NCBI RefSeq assembly: GCF_009914755.1
Contig: NC_060933.1
Origin: the human T2T-CHM13v2.0 reference genome, Homo sapiens
Length of the DNA stretch: 64,000 nucleotides
Strand: one strand, 5' to 3'
Shown: positions 1-64,000 of the stretch, piece after piece
Numbering within the stretch: position 1 is the first letter of the stretch
Layout of the letters: each line of letters opens with the position of its first letter
Made by a program: the position numbers and the translations under genes
Notes under the pieces: model-generated
What the model was told of the DNA's origin: nothing
The model's database searches: none
The model's input: the letters and a program-made list of their open reading frames with translations, nothing else

Positions 1-207
1 ACCATTTTGTATAAGAGACTTCAATATCTGTGGATTTTGATATCCAAGGGAGGTCCTGGAATCAGTCCCCCATGGACTCCAAAAGTTTGTACACCCATCT
101 ACTAAGATGAGCATGGCTTCTCCTCCACACCTTAAACACTACCGTTGCTATTTTTTTTATTTTTTGAGTTTTAAAGGTGAAAATTGATATTTTAATATGC
201 ATTTTCA

Positions 208-1018
<811 letters not shown>

Positions 1019-1120
1019 TTATTACTATTGTATTCTTTGAGCCTATAGTTACTCAAATATTTGTTGTATGAATGTTCATATCCTTTGTCTGGTTTTTTTT
1101 TTCTTTTTAATTTGCCACAG

Positions 1121-32579
<31,459 letters not shown>

Positions 32580-32849
32580 GAAGATCATGATGCACTTAGA
32601 TAAAAGAATGATTAGGTATAGTGGAGACTTATTTGCCAGCAGATAAATCATGCCCGTTCCCCTCTGCCTGGCAGAATCACAGTCTCACATACTGTCTTGT
32701 ACTGACACATCCAAAGCATGAGTGTGTCAGAAATCCCTTGTCTATTCCTGTCTGTATAAAGTGTTTCATTATGACCAGATCTCTGATTGTATGGTCACTA
32801 GGTATGCAATCACGCATTCAAAGAGGCTCTTTACACCATCACTGTGATT

Positions 32850-32958
32850 GCTCTGAGAGTTGAGGGACTATTGGGCTTTATTTGGACAAACCAAACTTTT
32901 AGCCTGAAACCAACTTTATGCCACTAAGTCATAGCCTCAGTTGTCCCAGTTATTTGTC
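32850..32958 (+). repeat. 109-bp dispersed direct repeat, copy 2
   Basis: Ungapped manual alignment to 31056-31164. Confidence 0.9.
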
Positions 32959-33734
32959 CTCCTGAAAATGCCTGAAACATCAGACAGACATTGCTTGCTT
33001 TACCCAAACTGATCAAAATCTTTAGGAGCACAAATGAATTTTTTAGTCTGAAATACCAAATAATGAATTGGTATACCATATCCGGAATCACACATGTTAT
33101 CTTAAACCCAGCCATCATACCTAAGTCTTTTGCCAAAACCTCTCATAGGTATATCTAGCTGAACTTATTTTGGCATTTTCAATGTGATCAGTTCTAGACC
33201 TAGAAGGGGGTCAGGCTGCTTTACAGAATTCTATTTCCTTAAGTCCCTGGCACTTCTCATACCACATCACTGAACCTGTTCAGTAACAATCAGTTTGGCC
33301 GTCCCCCATGATGGTAGGAAATATAGAGAGCAAGTTCTTCTGCCAGGGTCACACTGTGGTCTCTGAACTGACCAGTATATCCCTAACTCCTCTTTGATAG
33401 AGAAAGAGTCTCAAATGGACAACTGTCCTGTGTTGCTTTCCCTAGGCCTTCAGCAGCCTATTGGCTCTCCCTGCCTCTGAGCTCTGGACTCTGTTTGAAT
33501 ATTCCAAGTAGTATATGGACAGTCCAGGGCTTATGCCCAGCAGCCCACTGGAGGCATTCTTCAGGCTCCTTTAAGGCAGGTGCATTGATAGTTCCATTAG
33601 TGTGACCCTTGCATTGGCACCCCTCCAGCCTGGAGGCCAGGCTTCCAGCAACTTCCTTCTGCCCTAGAGCAAGCCATGAGCCCCAGAGCAGTAGCAGGAG
33701 ACTTGAGAAGTAGAGTGACAAAAACAAGCACTTA

Positions 33735-33740
33735 ATTAAA
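33735..33740 (+). terminator. NFX1 polyadenylation signal (ATTAAA)
   Basis: ATTAAA followed about 30 nt later by a T/GT-rich element (TTTTGGTGTTTTCATTTTT). Confidence 0.7.
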
Positions 33741-34802
33741 TTATAAAATTTAACTTTATAGGGCTGCCTTTTGGTGTTTTCATTTTTTTATTTCTTTTCA
33801 TTTTTTTTCCTCAATCCTCCTCCTCCTGTAGCAGGGCTGTCCTTTGGTCCTTACCCAGTCTGCTTCAAAAGGGATCAGGTACAGCAGCAGGAACAGGTGA
33901 CTGGAGGGAAGTGACACAAAACAAAACCACCTCTCTCTGGACCCATGTAGTGCAGGTCAGTGGCCCCACACACAACAGGAAGCCCATGAGCATCTGTTAC
34001 CTCTTTCAAGCAGTGGGTTCAGTGGGTGAATAGTACGTGTGAGAGTATCTCAGAATCAGCAAAAGGCAGGAGACCTGACTTCAGATTCTAGCTGTGCCAC
34101 ATAATTTGCCGCTTGATGCGATGAAAGTTTCACTGACCTCATTAGGGTTATGAAGATTAAAGGAGTAATACACGTGGAGGTACCTGATCCTCAAAGTTCA
34201 TAAAAATGATACTTAGTATCTAGAAAATATGTACACATCTTCCTCCATAATACTAGCCAAGTAGAAGGTGTGGAATGCTAACCAGGCCTCTTCTGGTGAA
34301 TATTTGCATGCCTACCCTGTGCCAGCCTTGTGCCAGGGCTGTGGGAAGCAGCCTGGTTTCGTACATTTAGTAATCCAGGGAGGACACACGTGAACAGATG
34401 TTCTCAGTGGAATTGGCTAGTCTGCCACCAACAGGTTGTTAATCGGTTATTAAAAGCTGAAGAGTCCTAAGAGGAATATTTTGTGAAGTTGCGGTAGAAA
34501 TGGGTTAGCTCTGGGGGTCAGAGCAGGACACGTGTGGGAAAGTGAAATGGGAGGAAGCATTTGAGCTGAGGCTTGAGATGGTAGGCTGCCATTTGGAGGA
34601 GGAAAGAGGCCCATGCTGAGAGAAGGTAAACAGCAGGAGACAGGGCTGGGGGAATGGTTGAGTAAGGGTTGTCCAGAGCAGGCAGACAACTAGGGGCACA
34701 GGTGATGAGGCTGGACAGGTGGACAGGGGTCAGCTCGTGGAGAGCCACAGGGAGTGACAAGAATTCTAAGCAGAGTGGCATGGCCAGATTTAGGATCTAG
34801 AC

Positions 34803-35135
34803 CAGGATTCAGCAAATGTTTTGTGAAAAAAGATCAGATAGTAAATATTGTAGACTGTGAGACTTATAGTTTCTGTTGCAGCTATCCAACTCTGCCATCG
34901 TAGTGTGAAAGCAGCCGTAGACAATATGCAAATGAAAAGAGTAAGGCTCTGTTCTAATGCTTTATTTGTGCACACCGAAATAATTTCATATGATTTTTAT
35001 GTCACAAAATATTCTTTTGACTTTTTTCCCCAACGATTTATAAACATAAAAACCATTCTTAGCTCATGAGTTGTGCAAAAACAGGCAGCAGGCTAGATTT
35101 GACCAGGGACTTTATTTTACCCACCCTGTTCTGGA
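34803..35135. mobile_element. MER58-type hAT DNA transposon
   Basis: CAGATAGTAAATATT...CAACTCTGCCATCGTAGTGTGAAAGCAGCCGTAGACAATATGCAAATGAA; degenerate terminal inverted repeats. Confidence 0.75.
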
Positions 35136-36899
35136 GCAGTCCCTCAGGCAGAAGAGTATAGAAGGGATTGGAGGGCTACTTGGAGGCAGGAAGCTCAGCC
35201 AGGAAGCTGCAGAAGTGATCCGGGTGAGAGAAAATGAGGGTGATGGGGGTTGGCACTGCAAAGAGGGAAGAGATTCAGATCAGGGAGGTAGGATTGGATG
35301 CCAGAGGTTAGCGGGAGAACTAGCCCCCCTCATATCACCAAGGGGAGACCCCCGGTCTCCTCAGCAAGGGGAAGCTGCTGCTTGTAGCTTTGGTGGATTC
35401 CTCACTGAGCAGTGGCACTGGACAAGAGTGTACAGGAGCATGAGCTAGACGGGAAGACCCCTGTGCCTCCACCACCCCATGCATGGAGGGAGGGCACCAG
35501 GACCCCAAGCTGTTGCTCCCTGAGAATCAGGTGGTAACTTCTCTCCCTGCTCCCATACTCTCTTTCAGCAGGAGAGTTTTTATGGGCTAGAGCTTTCCAG
35601 CGACCAAATTCTTCTCTCTGAAATTCCCTCTGGCTTGTTTGGCAGGGCCGGCTGTTCTCAATAGTGTTACCTGCCTGGCATGCAATAGTGGGTGTGTGCG
35701 GGACTGTGGAGATGAGAGCAGGCCCTCCTAATTGCAGGTCTGTTGGCCACAGCCCTAGATCCTGTCTTGGAGAGGCCAGAGAAGGTGGCAGGGGAGGAGG
35801 AGGAGGAGGAGTGTCAGTCTTGAGGGAGGGGGAAGGGCAAAGACTCGCTCACTGAGTCCTATAGATTAAGGTTTGGGGGAGAATCCCTCCTGTGTAGTGC
35901 TGGCCTTCCTTCTTTATGCCTGAAAGCCTGGAGACCTTGTTCCCTAAGGAGAACCTGCTGATGTGCCTCCTCTTCTAAAATCGGGGAGGGACGGCCAGGC
36001 CAGCTCCTTCACCATGGCAGACCTGCCTTCCTCATTAGCCTTCCTCACACACAAATATTGGAAAGTTCAGCCTCCCTAACTTCCCACATGGCCTCAACAC
36101 AGATGTCCCGTACCATCTCCCATGGCTCAAGGATAGCCAGGGGCTTCTCTAGGCCATGTCAGTCCCTCAGCCTACAAAGGCCAAGCCCAGAAGGAACAGG
36201 TTCCCTGGGGTCACACTGCCACACTAGAAACATCCTGTACCAGGAGGGGGCTGAGTCCTCAGGACAAGGGGAGCTGTTTTTCTTCCTGGCTTCCCCAAAC
36301 ACAGCTCAGTGGGAAGTCCTTGCCAGTGTCCCAGGCTCCCCTCAGCCCAGGCTTTGCAAGGTCATTCTTCATAATGCACAGCCTTCTGGGAGAGCTGTCT
36401 GCAGAGAATCCAGCTGGACAGCTAGGATGTCTGTGTTGCTGCCTCAGCTCACTCTGTCCCTGGGCAGTTTGGGCATCAGTTTCTGCATCTGTCAGGTGAG
36501 ATAATGGTTCCTGATCATGTGCTTCCCAGAGCCGTCCTGAGGGTGGTGGGTAGACAATGAGGGTCAGAGATCAGGAGAGTCTCCCAGTGCCACGTGGCAT
36601 CTCAGCACAGTCAAACCTCTGGAGCCCATACCTGGTACAGCTCTCAGAGAATAGCTCTTGGGGAAGAGGGAAAGGAACAGAGCCGTAGTCAAGCTGCTTA
36701 GACAAGGGCCAAGGTTTTGGTCACCCCCACTGACACTCCCCTCACTAGCTTCAAGCTTGACACATCAGTGAGGGAGTTGAAAGTCCTCATCTGCTCACAT
36801 TTTCCCAAGAACCTTTTTTAACAGTACGTAACGGCTATTGAGCGCTTAATATGTGCTGAGCACCACAGCCATCTCTTACTCCTCGAAGCCCCATGAAAC

Positions 36900-39553
<2,654 letters not shown>

Positions 39554-40132
39554 GACTTCCTCTCCTTTTCTTATCCCCCAATATGGGTGCTCTAGAGGGC
39601 TCCGCAATCTCTCCCTGGGCCACCTCGTCCACCTGCAAGCCTTCAACTGCCACTGCTGGGCTTCAGTGCTCTGTCTCCAGCCCAGATCCCTGGCTTTCCC
39701 TAGATGTCCCACGAGCCTCTCCTACTCAGCATGTTCAATACCGCAGCCATCTTTCCCCCGCAAACTGTCTTCTGATGTCTCTGCCACCTACCCAGTTCCT
39801 AGACAGAGCCCTGGACAACACCTTCCACCCTTCCCACAGCCGACTCAAGGTCCATAACTTCCAGCTTCTGAATCTCTTATCTGGTCATCCTCTCTTCTCC
39901 CCCACCCTTCACCAGCTGTGTCAATTCAGCTGCCTCTCCTTGCTCTCCTGCCTCCAGTCCCTCCCCTTCCAATTCAGCCTCCACACAGGGCTAAAGGGCC
40001 TCTTCTCAGGCACAAATCTGGCTCTGCCATGACTTGGCTTAACACTCTTCTCTGACTTTCTAAGAGATGAAAGTCCCCGCTGCCCACCCTGGCCCTAAGC
40101 ACCTCCAGCCACTCCCTACCTTGCCTGCTCCC

Positions 40133-40564
40133 TGTCACGCGCATCCGTGTGAAGAGAGTCCACCAACATGCTTTGTGTGAGCAACAAGGCTGTTTATTTC
40201 ACCTGGGTGCAGGCGGGCTCAGTCCGAAAAAGGAGTCAGCAAAGGGTGCTGGGATTATCATTAGTTCTTATAGGTTTTGGGATAGGCGGTGGAGTTAGGA
40301 GCAGTGTTTTGCGGGCAAGGGGTGAATCTCACAAAGTACATTCTCAAGGGTGGGGAGAATTACAAAGAAACTTCTTAAGGGTGGGGGGAGATTACAAAGT
40401 ACATTGATCAGTTAGGGTGGGGCAGAAACAAATCACGATGGAATGTCATCAGTTAAGGCTATTTTCACTTCTTCTGTGGATCTTCAATTGCTTCAGGCCA
40501 TCTGGATGTATACATGCAGGTCACAGGGGATATGATGGCTTAGCTTGGGCTCAGAGGCCTGACA
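40133..40564 (-). mobile_element. Solo LTR7-family (HERV-H) LTR, LTR7B-like
   Basis: Minus strand begins TGTCAGGCCTCTGAGCCCAAGCTAAGCCATCATATCCCCTGTGACCTGCA and ends ...CTCTTCACACGGATGCGCGTGACA; flanks CTCCC/CTCCT; internal short tandem repeats. Confidence 0.9.
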
Positions 40565-41449
40565 CTCCTCTGCAGCCACTCTGAGCAGCCTGGGGCTCCA
40601 ATCTCTGTGCCTTTGTTCCTGCCATTCCCTCTAGCTGGAGCCCCCCTAACCCCTGTCCCTGGTGAACAAGACTGCCTGGTATGGGTGAGAAGTTCCTTGA
40701 GAGCTGGGGTAGGCACTGGGTTGAGGGTCAGGGGTGGTGGGGAAAGAGGGAGTCCTTCCAGCGGGGCTCTGGAGGGCCTCTAAAATGAGGCATCCCCTTC
40801 CCACATCAGAGACTTCTGCAGGGCGAAAGGGTTGGATGGGCCCAGGAGGGCACCTTCAACTGGCCTTCCTCCGCCCAAAAACTGAGTCTCCCTTTCCCTT
40901 AGAAGTTTATCATCTCATATCCCCTGGCACAGGACCAGAGGCCAAGGCAGGGCTTGGGGAATGGCGAGGGTTGGGGAGGGCAAGAACACAGTTTTGCTAG
41001 CCCTGACGGGGCTCTTCCAGGGGCCTGTTGCAACCCCCATCTAAGGACTTCTCCTCATTGGCCAGTGAGGGTTTGGTTGGGTCCCTGGAGGACTCAAAGG
41101 ATCAACCCAAAATTTGGGGCCTCATCTGTGTGAGCTTTGTATGTCTTCTCCCTCAGCCCCTGACCCAGCCTCGGAGCCTCCACCCTCGACTCACCAGGCC
41201 CTCCCACTAGGCCCAGAGCATCCTCTCCAGAACCCCCACCTTGGCTCCTGACCGCAGAGACAAGGAGAGACCATGAGCTCTGGTAAACTCCACCCAGCCT
41301 TGCTCTGTCACAAGGGAATGCCAGTGTCAAGAATTAAACTTGAAGCATCTCAGTTCCTCTCAGCCCCATTATCCCATTTTTGAGGTATGAAAACTGAGGC
41401 CCACAGAAGTTAAATCACTTGCCCAAAGTTCAGGGTGCACACTTGAGTG

Positions 41450-41754
41450 TTTTTTTTTTTTTTTTTTTTTTTTTGAGACGGAGTCTCGCTGTCGCCCAGG
41501 CTGGAGTGCAGTGGCGCAATCTCGGCTCACTGCAGGCTCCGCCCCCTGGGGTTCACGCCATTCTCCTGCCTCAGCCTCCCGAGTAGCTGGGACTACAGGC
41601 GCCCGCCACCTCGCCCGGCTAATTTTTTGTATTTTTAGTAGAGATGGGGTTTCACCGTGTTAGCCAGGATGGTCTCGATCTCCTGACCTCGTGATCCGCC
41701 CGCCTCGGCCTCCCAAAGTGCTGGGATTACAGGCGTGAGCCACCGCGCCCGGCC
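41450..41754 (-). mobile_element. Young, CpG-rich AluY (AluYe-like diagnostics)
   Basis: Nearly all CpGs intact; pure T-run; variant motifs CTCGCTGTCGCC, TGCAGGCTCCGCCCCCTGGGG, GCCACCTCGCCCGG. Confidence 0.85.
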
Positions 41755-41868
41755 TTTTTTTTTTATCTGTAGTTTTGTTTTGTGTGTTTGTTATTTTAAC
41801 TATACCTATATGTTATATATACTCATGTTTACAAAATATACTTAATACACAGTTTAAAAACCAAACAA

Positions 41869-45455
<3,587 letters not shown>

Positions 45456-45744
45456 TACTGTATTACCTTTTATGCCTCCAGAATTTTTCTGTGTTGTTGC
45501 AGGTGTCTGTTGTGCCTTAATTTTTGCTATTGTAGAGGGTTCTATTATGTGCAATTGCGCAGCAGTGTATGTATCTGTTCCCCTGTGGATGGACATTTGG
45601 GTTGTGTCCAGTGTCTCTTGACCACCTACCTTGTGCCATGCCCCCAACCCTCCTGTCATTACTCCACAATCTAGCTACATCCACAAAGCCATGACTTCAC
45701 GAAACCCTGTCTTCCGCTTCTGAGCTCCAGACCATATAAAAGGC

Positions 45745-45915
45745 ATAACTGTGTTTATTGAGCACTTACTCTGAGCCAGAAATGATTCTCAACATTTTAC
45801 ATGTGGTAGCGCATTTAATATTCACAGCAACACAAATGGGAAGTAATATTCTTATCGCCATTTTACAAATAAGAAGACCAAGGCCCAGAAGGGTTGAATA
45901 TCTTGCTCAAGATCA
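45745..45915 (-). mobile_element. MIR SINE downstream of AQP7, carrying poly(A)-signal hexamers on the AQP7 strand
   Basis: TTTATTGAGCACTTACT...CATTTTACAAAT...CTTGCTCAAGATCACAC. Confidence 0.75.
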
Positions 45916-47570
45916 CACACATTTTGCCACCCCCCATTCCAAGTCCCATAGGCAACTCAGACTCAGCATGTCCATGATGTAACTTATCTTCCTCTCCAAA
46001 CCATTTCCTCACTTGTGCCCTACTCTCAGTGGGGACATCTCCAATCCCCAGGCCCAAGCTGGAAACCGGAAGCCATTTCTGACTCCTCCCTCTCCCTCAC
46101 CCACTCCATCCAAATGGAACCCAAGTCCTGTACATTGTACTTCTCCGGTATTGATCAATCCCCGCTCTCGTCTCCACGCCCACGGTGCTGACCCATTGTT
46201 AGGTGCCCGGCTGCTGCTCCTGGGTCATCACTTTCGCAGGCCCATCTCCACCATTTCCAGCATCCTACACACTGCGGCTCAGGTGTGCTTTCTAAACCTC
46301 ACCTCACCGTGTCCCCACCTCCAGAACGAAGCCCAGCCTCCTCTGCCCATCCCCTCAAACTGTAAAGTGCAGCTCCCACCCCCAAAAAGGACACCCCCCA
46401 CCACCATACCCTGCTCTGTCTCCTCCTCTGGGAAGCCTCCTGGCCTTGGCCCAGAGGCTGGATGTGAGCTCCCCTACCCCGAGCCCCACAGCCTCCAAGC
46501 CTCCCACTCTGCACTCACCTTCTTCCATATAATTACCTGTCCCCCATTAAACTGCAACCCTCAAAGGCAGAGCCCAGCGCATCCACTGCGCATCCCCAGT
46601 GTCCAGGCAGGGCCTGCACACAGTAGATGCACAATAATTATTGAAAGGCAAAATGCATGAGCAAGGACAGGAACCATGGGTGATGCTGCCTTCTGAGCCC
46701 CAGGCAACAGAGTGATTCCTGCCTGGCCCCAGGGTCAGTGGATCCTGGCCCCTCACCCCACCCAACCTCTGCACCTGCTTCCCTGGAGCCCTTGGAGCCC
46801 TATGAGGCCTCTTCCTGTGTCTTCATGTGGTCGAAGGATTTCCCTCTTTGCATCTTCCTTTCCTATTCCTTCATGTGGGAGCACTCTGGCACCAGGAAGA
46901 AGAAAGAGGAGCCCAACCCCTTAACAGCCTTCAATCTATAACAAGCATTCTCAAGGGAATTAAAACTGATTCTTAAAAGGGGAGGTGAAAAAAAAATCTT
47001 ACTCTTTTTTATGTATAAAGCACAGAACATATACAGAACATAAACAGATATATAGTACATCTGTGGTATTAAAATTTCATGTGATTAAGAAAAAAAAAAT
47101 CTAGAAGAATACTAGGGAAGGAACTAATGAAAAAAAGGCTAAAAAATTCTGATCTACATTCTTGGGCCTTGCCTTGTCTGGTCCAAGAACCGGCCAGAAC
47201 TCAGGGAAGGGAAGAACCAGGGGAGAGTCTAGAGTCCAATCTCAGGATCCCCTCAAAGTATTTCCAAAGCCGGCCCCCCACCAGTCAGCTACGGTCTGTT
47301 CCCCAAAACCACCCTTCCTTCCCCCGTGCCTGAAAATCCCTCATTCTGTCGTTCTTTCATCTCACCCTGTTCCTACTGAGGGCGCAGGTCATCTCTTCCC
47401 CATTCTCCCCCTGGGGCACCCCAGTTCCCAGGGCATGAAAGACTTGAGGTGCCTCACCTCTACACCTTGGGCTAAGACATAGCCCTGGAGCTCCTGTAAG
47501 AACCCAGGAGGGAAGCCCAACCACAGGAGGCCCCCAGGAAGTGGGGGTACTGCTGTCGGACAAGCCTTGC

Positions 47571-47576
47571 TTTATT
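47571..47576 (-). terminator. AQP7 proximal polyadenylation signal AATAAA
   Basis: TTTATT on + strand, about 33 nt past the stop codon. Confidence 0.7.
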
Positions 47577-47608
47577 GGGGAATGGATGGGATCACAAATA
47601 ATCTCTGC

Positions 47609-63865
<16,257 letters not shown>

Positions 63866-64000
63866 GTTTTGTCTTTCAGATTTGTAGATGCTGAGGAGCC
63901 AAAGAGAGGTCACTAGGGCTGGAGGACACAGAACTTGGCCCCACACTTCCATCAGACCTTGGTCCCCAGGGGAGAAGCCCTGGGGCAGCTCCTGCTAGTG

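Larger units (their letters stand above)
32580..33760 (+). other. NFX1: NFX1 3' UTR (end approximate)
   Basis: Alu-free sequence from the stop codon to ATTAAA plus a downstream U/GU-rich tract. Confidence 0.75.

Overview
Human (primate) genomic DNA, recognised as the NFX1-AQP7 locus (9p13.3, from prior knowledge). The + strand carries the 3' half of NFX1: 13 coding exons from 1121/1124 to TAA at 32579, encoding NF-X1-type Cys/His zinc fingers and the R3H domain, with a 3' UTR to about 33760. It also has an alternative terminal exon derived from a LINE-1 (10269/10272-10346) that encodes the short NFX1-91 C-terminus. The - strand carries the complete, intact 342-codon CDS of the aquaglyceroporin AQP7 (7 coding exons, ATG 63865 to TAA 47609, NAA/NPS motifs), convergent with NFX1. 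Its first non-coding exon and promoter lie beyond the window. The rest is repeat-rich: dozens of Alus, a full-length THE1 element, a solo LTR7, L1/L2/MIR and DNA-transposon fossils, and a Y3 RNA retrocopy. Most supplied ORFs are repeat or antisense artefacts. Two structures are not explained by ordinary annotation: a ~1.7-kb inverted duplication in an AQP7 intron with up to ~95% arm identity, and a 109-bp hairpin-like unit duplicated between the last NFX1 intron and the 3' UTR. I found no evidence of a wholly new gene system. Exon boundaries were read by eye from GT-AG sites and frame continuity; repeat edges and subfamilies are approximate.
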